Source: an uncultured bacterium (GTDB lineage: Bacteria > Krumholzibacteriota > Krumholzibacteriia > LZORAL124-64-63). Taken from it: a DNA stretch of 64,000 nucleotides. The notes under the pieces are model-generated. The model made no database searches, had not been told where the DNA came from, and worked only from the letters and a program-made list of their open reading frames with translations. Location: assembly GCA_963727525.1 (NCBI GenBank), contig CAVSGO010000007.1, positions 480,001 to 544,000 on the forward strand, given 5' to 3'. Shown here one piece after another: positions 25,698-35,268 of this stretch; position 1 is the stretch's first letter, and every line of letters begins with the position of its first letter. Made by a program: the position numbers and the translations under genes.

Positions 25698-28600
25698 ATG
25701 GCAACCTCCGACCGCCGCGCCCGTTGCCCGTTTTCCATTGCTGGTCGCGCGTTCCTCGTTCTCCTCATCGCCGCTATGGTGGCGACCACCCTGGCGCGCC
25801 CGGTGCGGCCCGCGCCGCCGTCCAGGCTCCCGGTCGACGCGGTTCCCCGCTATGTCGACAAGTTCCGCCCGCTGCAGGACGACGGTTCGACCGGTCTGCA
25901 GCAGCGGCGACTCGCCGGCGAAAAGGCGCCGGCGATGTTGCACGCCATCGTCCTGATGTGCGACTTCGCCGACAGCGCCTTCTACGGGCGTCCGGGTCTC
26001 TCGCCGGAGGCACCGGCGACATCGACTCAGAGCGATTTCTACTACGCCACGCACGATTCCCTGTACTACGCCCACCAGATGCGAGACGTCAGCGACTACT
26101 TCACGGCCGTCAGCGATGGGCAGTTCGCGCTGACGCGCGACGTCCTGGGCACCATCGTGCACCTTCCGCATCCGATGGCGTATTATGGTAACGACCCGAC
26201 CGAAGGTGAGCAGACGGTGCTGCTGGCGGCCGATGTGGTGGCCGCCGTCGATCCGCTCGTGGACTTCTCGCTCTATGACACAGTCGTGCTCATCCATGCC
26301 GGTGCCGGCGAGGAGACCGACATCCTCGACAACTCGCCCGAACAGATCTACAGCACCTATCTGGGCCCCGAAGACTTCGCGGGTGCAGTGGACGACTCGG
26401 TCCTCACCACTCCCTACATCCCGACCGACGATCAGCCGGCAGGTACCGGTGTACAGAACGTGCTCGTGCTGCCAGAGAACGAATTCCAGGATCCGTATGG
26501 CAGCTTCAAAGGCTACTTCGGATCGCTCGGTGTGTACTGCTTCGAGGTTGGGCTGCGCCTCGGCATGCTCTCGCTCAGCGACTTCACACCCTCTGGCCAT
26601 CCGGACAGCCAGGGGATCGGCGAGTTCGGCCTGATGGGCTATGGGCTCTTCGTCGGGGCCGGCTTCATTCCGCCACATCCCATTGCGTTCAACAAGCTGC
26701 TGATGGGGTGGCTCGACCCCTTCCCGGTCGACCCGACACCGGGAGCGACCTGGACCCTCGGACCAGCCGAACACACGCATGGCGCCGACGCCTGCGCGCG
26801 CGTGGACATCACGGGGCGCGAATACTGGCTGCTCGAGTATCGCCTCCAGGATCCCGATGCGAACGGCATCTTCAGCTTCACGGGAGACCTGAACGGCAAC
26901 AACGTACCCGACTTCTACGATGCGGACAGTGCCTACGGCGATGGTCGACCGACGAGTTATTTCGATCCGGCCACGGATCAACGGGAGTGGCTCACCGGAG
27001 CCGAGTGGGACTTCTTCATGAGCGAGAACACCGCGCGGCCGGACGGTGTCAAGGGTGCCGGTAGCGGTATCTACATCTGGCACGTCGACGAGGGCGTGAT
27101 CCAGGCGGCTTTCGGAGCGGCGAGCAATCTCTTCAACGCCGATGCTTCGCACAAGAGTGTGGATCTCGAGGAGGCCGACGGCATCCAGGACCTGGACACG
27201 CGGCAATCATCGCCGTGGCTCCTGGGCGGTGATTTCGACAGTTTCCGGGGCGAGGATGCGCCCGTTTTCGGGCCTGCGACGCGTCCGTCCACGGAGACGG
27301 CGAATGGTGCGCGCACCGGCATCGTGTTCGATGAGATCTCCGATGTCGCCGACTCCACCTATACCTATCACGCCGGGACGGACTCCGCCTACACCGGCCT
27401 GCACTACGCCGACGCGATGGCGTTCCGCTGCCGTCGCGCCGAAGCGTTGGTGGGCGCACCGACCCTGGCGATGACGGCGCTTCTCGACGGGATCGATCTG
27501 GGCGGATGCCAGCCTCTCGCCGCCGACCTCGATCAGGACGGGGCGGGCCAGGAGGTGCTGGCCGTGGCCGCCGATGGTGCTGTTGTGGTGCTCGATCCCC
27601 CGTCTCCAGTTCCTGTGGTGCAGTACGTCGTGGATAGCGGTGACACGGTGCGTTTCCGGCAGCCTGCCGCGGCGGGGCGTCTGGCCGGTACGCCGACGAC
27701 CGGCGGGCTCGATATCGTGGTCGCCAGCGATCGCGGCGTGCACTGGCTACGATACGAAGGTGGCGTCGTCAGCACACAGGGCACCGATCCGACGGGACTC
27801 GTCACGGCTGGCGTTTCTTGCCCGCAGCCGGCCGTGCTCTGGCCTGCCGACGGCGGGGACGGCGATGGATTCGCCGCCGAGCGCCCCGTACAGATTCGCG
27901 CCGTGGACCGCCGCGCCGATGCGGATCATCTCACGGTGGCCGACGCGACGAGCGTGATCGCGGATCTCGCCGTCCCGGGAGGGCGTATCCAGGGGCCGCT
28001 CGTGGTCGCTGGCGGCCACCTGTGGGCCGCTGCCGCGGACACGGCGGCGGGTACGGCGGTGCTCCTCGTGCAGCCGCTGACCGACCCGCAGGCCGCGCCG
28101 GCCGTGGTCCCATTGCCGCTCATGCCCGGCACGCTGCCGCTGGCCGTGACCAGGCTCGGCACCGATTTCGCGGTGGCCATCGTCGATACGGGCGGACGCG
28201 CGGCCACCGCCTGGCTGGACGAGACCACGTTGCGTGAGTCGCATCCGATTCAGCTATGGGGACGAGATCTCGAGGTGCGCTCGCCCATCGGATCGGAATT
28301 CGCGTTCGTGGGCGGGGCCGTTTGCGGGCGAGCGGCGCCGACGGGGGTCTGGTCGCTGGGCTGGCCGCTCTGGCTTGCCGACCCCGTCGAGGCGGCGACG
28401 CGAGTCGAGCGGGCCGCGGTGCCGCTGGCCTTGACGGTGAGCGGTGCCGCTGGACCGGATGTCCTCTTCGTCAGCCGCGATGGCCGCCTGTTCCGCTGTA
28501 CGGCAGGCGGCGAGGTGCGCGCGGGCTGGCCTCTCGCGGGACCGGGCGAATCGGCGGGCACACCCGTCGTGGCCGATGTGGTCGGCGATGGCGGGCTCGA

Positions 28601-29084
28601 TCTGATCACCTTCGGCGCCTTCGACCGCATCGCAGGAATCGAGGCGGGGCAACTCGTCACACGGCCGGTGTCGCGGATTGAGGTCTTCACGGGGCTGGCT
28701 GATGTGGGCGTCATTTCCGTGATGTGGTCCGGGAATCCGTGGCGGGCGGACGCCCTGCTGGCGAGCGGCGTGGCCGCCCCCGGCCCTTCGGGGGCCGCGC
28801 TCGTGGCCGGCACGCATTTCTGTTATCCGAACCCACTGCGAGCAGGCCCATTGCACGTGCGCGGTCAGGCCGGTCAGGATGGCCAGGCGCGGGCGTGGTT
28901 CTACAACCTCGAGGGGGAGGAGGTCGCCGTCTCGCCGTGGCAAGGCGTGGTGGCGGCAGCACCCTTCGAGATCACGCTGGATCTCGGTACGATCGCTTCA
29001 GGCCTGTACGTGTGCCGACTCGAGGTCGAGAGCGCGCGTGGCGGCAGCGAGACGAGTGTCAAGACCGTCGCCGTGGTGCGGTGA
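25698..29084 (+). CDS. Secreted M6-like protein with degenerate zinc site, FG-GAP-like repeats and T9SS-type C-terminal domain
   Basis: M6 scaffold (IVLMCDFAD, LIHAGAGEE, GIGEFGLMGYG, KLLMGW, EYWLLEYR, GIYIWHVDE, VDLEEADG) but YCFEVGLRLGMLSLSD where HExxH is expected; C-terminal YPNP...ASGLYVCRL...VAVVR. Start approximate. Confidence 0.85.
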   Translation: MATSDRRARCPFSIAGRAFLVLLIAAMVATTLARPVRPAPPSRLPVDAVPRYVDKFRPLQDDGSTGLQQRRLAGEKAPAMLHAIVLMCDFADSAFYGRPGLSPEAPATSTQSDFYYATHDSLYYAHQMRDVSDYFTAVSDGQFALTRDVLGTIVHLPHPMAYYGNDPTEGEQTVLLAADVVAAVDPLVDFSLYDTVVLIHAGAGEETDILDNSPEQIYSTYLGPEDFAGAVDDSVLTTPYIPTDDQPAGTGVQNVLVLPENEFQDPYGSFKGYFGSLGVYCFEVGLRLGMLSLSDFTPSGHPDSQGIGEFGLMGYGLFVGAGFIPPHPIAFNKLLMGWLDPFPVDPTPGATWTLGPAEHTHGADACARVDITGREYWLLEYRLQDPDANGIFSFTGDLNGNNVPDFYDADSAYGDGRPTSYFDPATDQREWLTGAEWDFFMSENTARPDGVKGAGSGIYIWHVDEGVIQAAFGAASNLFNADASHKSVDLEEADGIQDLDTRQSSPWLLGGDFDSFRGEDAPVFGPATRPSTETANGARTGIVFDEISDVADSTYTYHAGTDSAYTGLHYADAMAFRCRRAEALVGAPTLAMTALLDGIDLGGCQPLAADLDQDGAGQEVLAVAADGAVVVLDPPSPVPVVQYVVDSGDTVRFRQPAAAGRLAGTPTTGGLDIVVASDRGVHWLRYEGGVVSTQGTDPTGLVTAGVSCPQPAVLWPADGGDGDGFAAERPVQIRAVDRRADADHLTVADATSVIADLAVPGGRIQGPLVVAGGHLWAAAADTAAGTAVLLVQPLTDPQAAPAVVPLPLMPGTLPLAVTRLGTDFAVAIVDTGGRAATAWLDETTLRESHPIQLWGRDLEVRSPIGSEFAFVGGAVCGRAAPTGVWSLGWPLWLADPVEAATRVERAAVPLALTVSGAAGPDVLFVSRDGRLFRCTAGGEVRAGWPLAGPGESAGTPVVADVVGDGGLDLITFGAFDRIAGIEAGQLVTRPVSRIEVFTGLADVGVISVMWSGNPWRADALLASGVAAPGPSGAALVAGTHFCYPNPLRAGPLHVRGQAGQDGQARAWFYNLEGEEVAVSPWQGVVAAAPFEITLDLGTIASGLYVCRLEVESARGGSETSVKTVAVVR

Positions 29085-29188
29085 CGACCAAGGTTTGGTT
29101 GCCGCGCGATCCGTCGCGGCGTAGAGTTGGACGCGGGAGAATGACAACGGGCGGCGCGTTCCGACCCGGACGCGAGAGGAATGGAACC

Positions 29189-30121
29189 ATGCGGTACTCG
29201 AAGATGAAGACGCTGATGGCTAGCCTAGCTCTGGTAGTGCTAGCCGCCGGGCCGGCGCTGGCGGGACATCCCGGCGACGCGGGTTTCCTGTCCCTGCGAC
29301 TGGGTGTCGGGGCGCGTGAGGCGGCCATGGGCGGGGCTGGTGTGGCCACGACCGAGGGAGCGTCGGCGGCCTACTGGAACCCGTCGAACCTGGCCTTCCT
29401 CGATCACGGCACCTCGCTGATGCTGCAGCACCATCGCTGGCTGGGGCTGTTCGACCACAACGCGGCGGCGGTGACTCACGTGACGCCTTCGGGTGTGTTC
29501 GGCGTGCTGTTCAGCGGCCTCTATGCCGACAACATCGATCGCTACGGCACGGAGCCCGTCGGCATCCCCGAGGGGACATTCGCGCCCTACGATGTGGTGC
29601 TGGGGGTGAGCTACTCGCGTCGGATCGGTGACGATCTGGCGGTGGGGCTGCAGGCGAAGATGCTCTACGAGAAGATCGATGTTTACAGCGATACGGGCTG
29701 GGCGTTCGACCTCTTCGTCACGCACAGGGCACCGATGATCCCGGGTCTCACGTTCGCGGCCAGCGCCACGAACCTGGGAGGCCAGATGACGCTGATCGAC
29801 GTGCCGTTCGATCTGCCGCGGACGATCACGGTCGGACTCGGCTACTCGCCCGAAACGGGAATTCTCGCGCAGCGCCTCACAGTGACCGGCGAGGCGGCGT
29901 TCCTGAACGACACGAACGAGAAGGCCCACCTCGGTCTCGAGGTGAAGGTGGTGCCGGAGCTCGCGCTGCGTGCCGGCTATCGTGTGAACTACACCTCGCA
30001 GGGGCTCACGGCCGGCGCCGGTTTCCGCTACAGCAACGTGGGCGTGAACTATGCCTACGAGGACATCACCGAGAATGGTCTCGACCCCGGCCACAAGTTC
30101 TCGCTGGAGTTCCTCTTCTAG
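29189..30121 (+). CDS. PorV/PorQ (UPF0164/FadL-like) outer-membrane beta-barrel
   Basis: Signal peptide; FLSLRLGVGAREAAMGGA...AAYWNPSNLA signature; LALRAGY; C-terminal HKFSLEFLF ending in Phe. Confidence 0.87.
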   Translation: MRYSKMKTLMASLALVVLAAGPALAGHPGDAGFLSLRLGVGAREAAMGGAGVATTEGASAAYWNPSNLAFLDHGTSLMLQHHRWLGLFDHNAAAVTHVTPSGVFGVLFSGLYADNIDRYGTEPVGIPEGTFAPYDVVLGVSYSRRIGDDLAVGLQAKMLYEKIDVYSDTGWAFDLFVTHRAPMIPGLTFAASATNLGGQMTLIDVPFDLPRTITVGLGYSPETGILAQRLTVTGEAAFLNDTNEKAHLGLEVKVVPELALRAGYRVNYTSQGLTAGAGFRYSNVGVNYAYEDITENGLDPGHKFSLEFLF

Positions 30122-30133
30122 AAGGCTCGGCGC

Positions 30134-30931
30134 TTATACGAGTGGGCGCGACACGGGCGGCGCCTGCGACCTTATCCCGGCCGGCTCGAAGACACGGCGT
30201 TCGAGCCGGCCGTTCTCGTAGATCGCATAGGTGGGCGACTCGAGCCACCCGCCCAGACCCATGAGCGAGTGCGCGCCGTGCGTGATCGTGAATGCGTGGT
30301 GGACGTGGCCCATGAGGAGCACATCCCACGGCGCGTGGCGTGCCGCGGCCTGGCGGAGGAAGCGAGTGGCCTTGGCCTCGATTCCCCGGGCCTCGTCGCG
30401 ATCGGCCATGCGGCTGTGTCCGCTGAGCCAGGTGCTGAGCGCGAAGAGCAGTTCCGGATGGATGGTCTTGGCGAGGCGGATGATCAGCGGATGGCGCACC
30501 AGCGCCCGGAACGTCCGGTAGAGCCACTCCTTGCCCAGCATCCCGTCGCCGTGCTGGCAGCGGATCCGCGTGCCGTCGACGTCGAGCGTGAAAGCCGCCC
30601 CACGCGGGTCGCAGCCATACCGGCGGGCCAGGTAGCCGGCGGCCCAGATGTCGTGATTGCCTCCCACGAAGTGGATCCGGGTGCCCGCCGCGTGGACGCG
30701 ATCGAGGGCGGAAAGAACTTTCTCGTAGCCTTTGAGCAGGAAGTGCGGATAATCGAACCAGAAGTCGAAAATGTCGCCGAGGAGCACGAGGTGCTCGGCG
30801 TGCTCGGCCATGGTGAGTAAAGCTATGAAGGCCTCCTGGCTGTCGCGTTCCCTGACGTCGGGGGTGACGTGGAAATGCGAGTCGGCCACGAAGAGAGCGC
30901 GGATCCCAATGCCATTGCTGTTGCGCGTCAT
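30134..30931 (-). CDS. lpxH: UDP-2,3-diacylglucosamine diphosphatase (LpxH-like calcineurin-type phosphoesterase)
   Basis: ADSH, LLGDIFDFW, GGNHD, HGD, MGHVH motifs. Confidence 0.8.
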   Translation of the reverse strand: MTRNSNGIGIRALFVADSHFHVTPDVRERDSQEAFIALLTMAEHAEHLVLLGDIFDFWFDYPHFLLKGYEKVLSALDRVHAAGTRIHFVGGNHDIWAAGYLARRYGCDPRGAAFTLDVDGTRIRCQHGDGMLGKEWLYRTFRALVRHPLIIRLAKTIHPELLFALSTWLSGHSRMADRDEARGIEAKATRFLRQAAARHAPWDVLLMGHVHHAFTITHGAHSLMGLGGWLESPTYAIYENGRLERRVFEPAGIRSQAPPVSRPLV

Positions 30932-31002
30932 GGAGCTAGATTCTTAGGGTAGTCGGCGCCATGCAGCAACCGGATTCTGGACAGAGGAAGAAGGACCAGC
31001 CC

Positions 31003-31446
31003 ATGTCACTCATGAACCGGGTGCGCAAGAACCTTCGCGAGTGGTACACGCTGGCCGCCGACCGTACAGGTGAGATGGCCAAGGTCTCTTCGCGCCGGTA
31101 TGACAAGTTCGGCCTCAGTCGCGAGATCGAGCGGCAGTTCTCGGAACTCGGGAGCTACGTGTACCACGCGATCGGCGAGGGGCGGGCGGCTTTCGCCGAT
31201 GATCCGGCCGTTGCCGGAATCGTGGCGCGTATCCAGGGGCTGGAGCGGGACCTCGAGGTGAAGGACCGCGAGATCGAGGTGATCCGGCAGACCCGGCAGC
31301 ATCGCGCTCCGGAGCCGGCCGGCGAGGGCGAGGCCCGGCCGACGGCTCCTGCGGCGGACGCCCCTTCCGCAGCACCATCGGCCGAGCCGATGGACGCGCC
31401 CGGACCGGCCGCCGATGATGATCTCGGGTCCGGGACCAAGGATTGA
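31003..31446 (+). CDS. Hypothetical coiled-coil protein
   Basis: AAGGA RBS; amphipathic helices (REIERQFSELGSYVY...RIQGLERDLEVKDREIE); Pro/Ala tail. Confidence 0.75.
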   Translation: MSLMNRVRKNLREWYTLAADRTGEMAKVSSRRYDKFGLSREIERQFSELGSYVYHAIGEGRAAFADDPAVAGIVARIQGLERDLEVKDREIEVIRQTRQHRAPEPAGEGEARPTAPAADAPSAAPSAEPMDAPGPAADDDLGSGTKD

Positions 31447-31471
31447 CATGGTCGGCTATCCCCTCTAAGAT
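31443..31471 (+). promoter_or_regulatory. sigma70-type promoter for degQ
   Basis: TTGACA-17 bp-TAAGAT. Confidence 0.7.
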
Positions 31472-31569
31472 GATCTCACCCCTACACGGTCGGGATGCGC
31501 CGGAAACCCACCCGACCGATACTCACCGCTTCGAGTGTGCTCCCCCACCCCACTCGCGATCGAGGATGT

Positions 31570-33078
31570 ATGCGCTCGTTTCAGCCTGGCATTGGCAGGA
31601 ACCGTCCGGCGACGCCATCGCGCATCGCGGTGCGCTCGCGCACCGGCGGGATCCTCGCGATCGCCTACGCGGCGACCCTGGTCGCCGTGATGCTGGTGCT
31701 GATTGCGAGCCAGGCCCGAGCGGCGGAACGGGCGCGGCCGGAGTCGCCGTTCGTGAGCGTGGGGCGTACGGTGCGCCCCGCAGTCGTCAACATCCGCATC
31801 ACCCGCGCCGTCAACGCCGCCGGTGTGGATCAGACGCCGTTGCAGGAGATGTACCGACGATTTTTTCCAGACAAGGCCGGTGAGGGGGGACGATTCGAGA
31901 ATCCCGGCACGGGGTCCGGCTTCGTGATCGATCCGGCGGGCGACATCCTGACGAACAACCACGTCATCGCCGGAGCTGATCGTATCTTCGTCCGCTTCTC
32001 GGGCTCCCGGCGCGAGTACCAGGCCACGCTCGTGGGCACCGATGCGAGCACCGACGTCGCCCTGTTGCACATCGATCCGGACGGCGCAAGCCTACCCACT
32101 CTCAAGTTCGGCGACTCGCAGACGCTGGCCGTGGGCGACTGGGCCATCGCCGTCGGCAACCCCTTCGGCAACCTGGAGGGGACGATGACCGTGGGCATCG
32201 TGAGTGCTGAGGGACGCGGCGATCTGGTCATCCAGGGCCTGACGCCGCGGTACCAGGATTTCATCCAGACCGATGCGAGCATCAATTTCGGCAATAGTGG
32301 CGGCCCCCTTGTCGACATCGAGGGCCACGTGATCGGCGTGAACACGGCGATCAACGCGGAGGGGCAGGGTATCGGGTTCGCGGTGCCGAGCCGGCTGGTG
32401 AAGCGCATCTACGAGCAGCTACGGGATCACGGTCGGGTGATCCGTGGATTCCTGGGTGTGAAGACCATCGATGCCGTGACCGCATTGGAAGCGACAGGTG
32501 ACGATGATGGCGCCCGGGTGGAATCGGTGGTCGCCGGGTCGCCGGCGGCCGCGGCCGGGTTGAAGCCGGGCGACGTGATCGTGCAGCTGGGCGACGAGAC
32601 CATCGAGTCGCGCCGACAGCTCGATTTCGTGGTCGCCGAAGCGCCGGTCGGGCAGGCCCTACCATGCCGGATCGTGCGAGGCGGCGATCGCCAGGATCTC
32701 TCGGTCACCCTCGTGGAACTCGACGCGGCGAGTATGCCGCCGCCGGCCGCGGACGAGACCTGGCTGGGGCTCACGGTCGCCGATCTTGCGGAAACAGACC
32801 ATCGCGTCGATCGTATAAAGGAAACACTAGGGATCGAGGCCACCAGAGGAGTGATCGTGGTGGCGGTGGAGAGCGGCCAACCCGCAGCGCAGGCCGGACT
32901 GCGCCCGGGCGATATCGTGGTCGCCGTCGAGGGTCAAGAAATTGCCGACCTGGCTGCCTACACGCGAGCGCGTGATGCGCTGCGGAGCCAGCGGGAACCA
33001 TTGACCTTTCTCGTGCGCACGGGAACCCGGGAGAATTTCGTGGAGGTCACTCCCCGGGAATCGGGATCCGTGCAATGA
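31570..33078 (+). CDS. Do/DegQ (HtrA) family serine endoprotease with two PDZ domains
   Basis: GTGSGFVI, TNNHV, DVALL, IQTDASINFGNSGGPL, two PDZ domains. Start approximate. Confidence 0.95.
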   Translation: MRSFQPGIGRNRPATPSRIAVRSRTGGILAIAYAATLVAVMLVLIASQARAAERARPESPFVSVGRTVRPAVVNIRITRAVNAAGVDQTPLQEMYRRFFPDKAGEGGRFENPGTGSGFVIDPAGDILTNNHVIAGADRIFVRFSGSRREYQATLVGTDASTDVALLHIDPDGASLPTLKFGDSQTLAVGDWAIAVGNPFGNLEGTMTVGIVSAEGRGDLVIQGLTPRYQDFIQTDASINFGNSGGPLVDIEGHVIGVNTAINAEGQGIGFAVPSRLVKRIYEQLRDHGRVIRGFLGVKTIDAVTALEATGDDDGARVESVVAGSPAAAAGLKPGDVIVQLGDETIESRRQLDFVVAEAPVGQALPCRIVRGGDRQDLSVTLVELDAASMPPPAADETWLGLTVADLAETDHRVDRIKETLGIEATRGVIVVAVESGQPAAQAGLRPGDIVVAVEGQEIADLAAYTRARDALRSQREPLTFLVRTGTRENFVEVTPRESGSVQ

Positions 33079-33118
33079 TGCGGAAGCGCTAGCGCCCCAC
33101 TGAGACGGGAGCACAGTC

Positions 33119-33985
33119 ATGGCCAGTCGACGTAACATCTTTCCGCCGACTCACGAGAAGGGACTCGAGGTCTACTTCCGCGACATCAACCGGTATGCGC
33201 TTCTGACCCGCGAGGATGAGGCTGATCTCGCGCAGCGTATCCGTCAGGGCCAAGAGGATGCTCTGAAGACGCTCGTGCGGGCGAATCTGCGCTTCGTGGT
33301 CTCGGTGGCGAAACGATATACCGGCCAGGGGCTCCAGCTCTCGGACCTGATCAACGAGGGCAATCTCGGTCTCCTGAAGGCGGCGGGTCGTTTCGACGAA
33401 ACTCGCGGATACCGCTTCATCTCTTACGCCGTGTGGTGGATCCGCCAGGCCATCATGCAGGCGTTGCTCGACAAGTCGCGTACGGTGCGGCTCCCGCAGA
33501 ACCAGACGGCGTTGCTGATCAAGATCCATCGCACGCGCGCCGTGCTGCAGGGCGAAGGCGTCTTGAACCCGGATCCCGAACGCATCGCGCAACGTCTCGA
33601 AGTCGCGGTGGAGGACGTGCGGTACGCGCTGGGGGCCGATCGCACGGAACTCTGCTTCGACGATTTCGGCCGCGAGGGCGACGAGCGGCCGCTGCGCGAC
33701 ACATTGCCCGATGATTCGCAGAATCCCCCGGACCGGCAGGTACTCACGCGTGGGCTGCAGGAGGACGTGCAACGCGCGCTGGCCGTGCTCGGCGAGCGCG
33801 AGGCGAGGATCGTGGTCCTCTACTTCGGACTCGGCTTCGAGGAGGCGCTCACCTTGCAAGAAATCGGCGAACGACTCGGGCTGACGCGTGAGCGGATCCG
33901 CCAGATCAAGGAGCGTGCACTCGCCAAGATGCGCGGTACGCTCGGCAAGGAACTGTTGTTCGACTACTATGAGTCGGGACTCTAG
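33119..33985 (+). CDS. RNA polymerase sigma70 factor, short RpoD/SigA-family member (no region 1.1)
   Basis: ANLRFVVSVAKRY, DLINEGNLGL, RFISYAVWWIRQAI, TLQEIGERLGLTRERIRQI. Confidence 0.93.
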   Translation: MASRRNIFPPTHEKGLEVYFRDINRYALLTREDEADLAQRIRQGQEDALKTLVRANLRFVVSVAKRYTGQGLQLSDLINEGNLGLLKAAGRFDETRGYRFISYAVWWIRQAIMQALLDKSRTVRLPQNQTALLIKIHRTRAVLQGEGVLNPDPERIAQRLEVAVEDVRYALGADRTELCFDDFGREGDERPLRDTLPDDSQNPPDRQVLTRGLQEDVQRALAVLGEREARIVVLYFGLGFEEALTLQEIGERLGLTRERIRQIKERALAKMRGTLGKELLFDYYESGL

Positions 33986-34085
33986 CACTGGAATCTCTGC
34001 CGTCCGGTCTCCGCTTACCGCGGATCGCCGCTGCGGGGTTTCCAGAGGCCGGACTCGCCATTTTCCGCCGCAATCAGGCAATTTC

Positions 34086-34101
34086 TGGCGTGAATCTTGC
34101 C
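34086..34101 (+). promoter_or_regulatory. sigma54 (-24/-12) promoter upstream of the M23 peptidase
   Basis: TGGCGT-GAATC-TTGCC, GG-N10-GC, near consensus; a TTGACA-17-GATTCT sigma70-like site also lies at 34154-82. Confidence 0.55.
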
Positions 34102-34235
34102 TATGGCCCCGTTGCGACCAGCGGTCGGTACGGGGCGGAATGTCCATGGACGGTTGACACTCGCCCCGGTCCTGACGATTCTGACTGGCCCCCCGTACAC
34201 CATGGAGGGGTCCGGGACCCGAAAGACATGGTCAC

Positions 34236-35162
34236 ATGAGCCTGCATCGACGCTATTCCCTGCTGGTCGTGCCCGAGGACGAAGGGGCCATCCGCCAGGT
34301 CAAGGTTGCGCGCTGGACGCTGCTTGCCGCAGCGCTCGCCGTGGCATTTTGCCTGGCGTTGGCGGGGCTGTATGCCTACGACCTCGTCGCGGGCGTCGCG
34401 TGGCGACCCGGCGGGGCGCCGCTGGCGCGGGAAAACGCCGTGCTGAGGGGCCACGTCGCCGAGTTCGAGACCCAGATGGCTCGGCTGGAGTCGAGCCTCG
34501 GTGATGTTCTGGATCTGCAGGAGCGGGTTGCCCGGGCGGTAGATCTGCCCGTGATGCCCGCCGACGCCCTGGCGGCCGGCGTGGGCGGGCGCGAGCCCCT
34601 TCTCGGGACCGACCCCCGGGCTCCGGAAATCACCGTCGAGACCCGTTCGCTGGCGACCGGCCTCGACCAGCTCGTTCGCCAGGCCCGCTTGCAGCGGCAC
34701 GGCCTGACGGCAATTCTCGACAGCTTGCAGGCGCGGGCCGAGGTCCGCGACCACATGCCGTCGGTACGTCCGTGCGATATCGGCTGGCTCAGCTCCCGAT
34801 TTGGCATGCGTCGCGATCCGTTCACCGGAAGGCAGGCCTTTCACCGGGGTCTCGACTACTGCCTGCCGCTGGGGTCTCCCGTGCGGGTCACCGCGGATGG
34901 GGTGGTGACCACGGTGGAGAAGCAACGCGGCCTGGGGCTCGTCGTGAAGGTGAACCATGGCAACGGCGTCATGACCGTGTACGGCCACCTGAAGAGCGCG
35001 TCCGTCAAGAAGGGGCAGACTGTCAGCCGCGGGGACGTCATCGCGGCATCGGGCAACACCGGCCGGTCCACGGGGCCGCACCTGCACTACGAGGTGCGGG
35101 TGGACGGCCGTTCCGTCAATCCCATCAGCTACATCCTCGATAGGTTCGCCAACGGACGCTGA
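34236..35162 (+). CDS. M23 family metallopeptidase (membrane anchor + coiled coil)
   Basis: SSRFGMRRDPFTG, HRGLD (HxxxD), YGHL, GNTGRSTGPHLHYEV (HxH). Confidence 0.94.
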   Translation: MSLHRRYSLLVVPEDEGAIRQVKVARWTLLAAALAVAFCLALAGLYAYDLVAGVAWRPGGAPLARENAVLRGHVAEFETQMARLESSLGDVLDLQERVARAVDLPVMPADALAAGVGGREPLLGTDPRAPEITVETRSLATGLDQLVRQARLQRHGLTAILDSLQARAEVRDHMPSVRPCDIGWLSSRFGMRRDPFTGRQAFHRGLDYCLPLGSPVRVTADGVVTTVEKQRGLGLVVKVNHGNGVMTVYGHLKSASVKKGQTVSRGDVIAASGNTGRSTGPHLHYEVRVDGRSVNPISYILDRFANGR

Positions 35163-35182
35163 CGGCAATCTCCTGTCCGTGC

Positions 35183-35211
35183 TTGGCAGTCCGCCCGTGG
35201 TGTGATAGCTT
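35183..35211 (+). promoter_or_regulatory. sigma70-type promoter with extended -10
   Basis: TTGGCA-17 bp-TAGCTT with TG at 35203-04. Confidence 0.5.
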
Positions 35212-35268
35212 GTTCTTCGCACCGCGGTGGACGGATCCCCGCGGCCGTGATGGGAGCGACTCCGGGGC

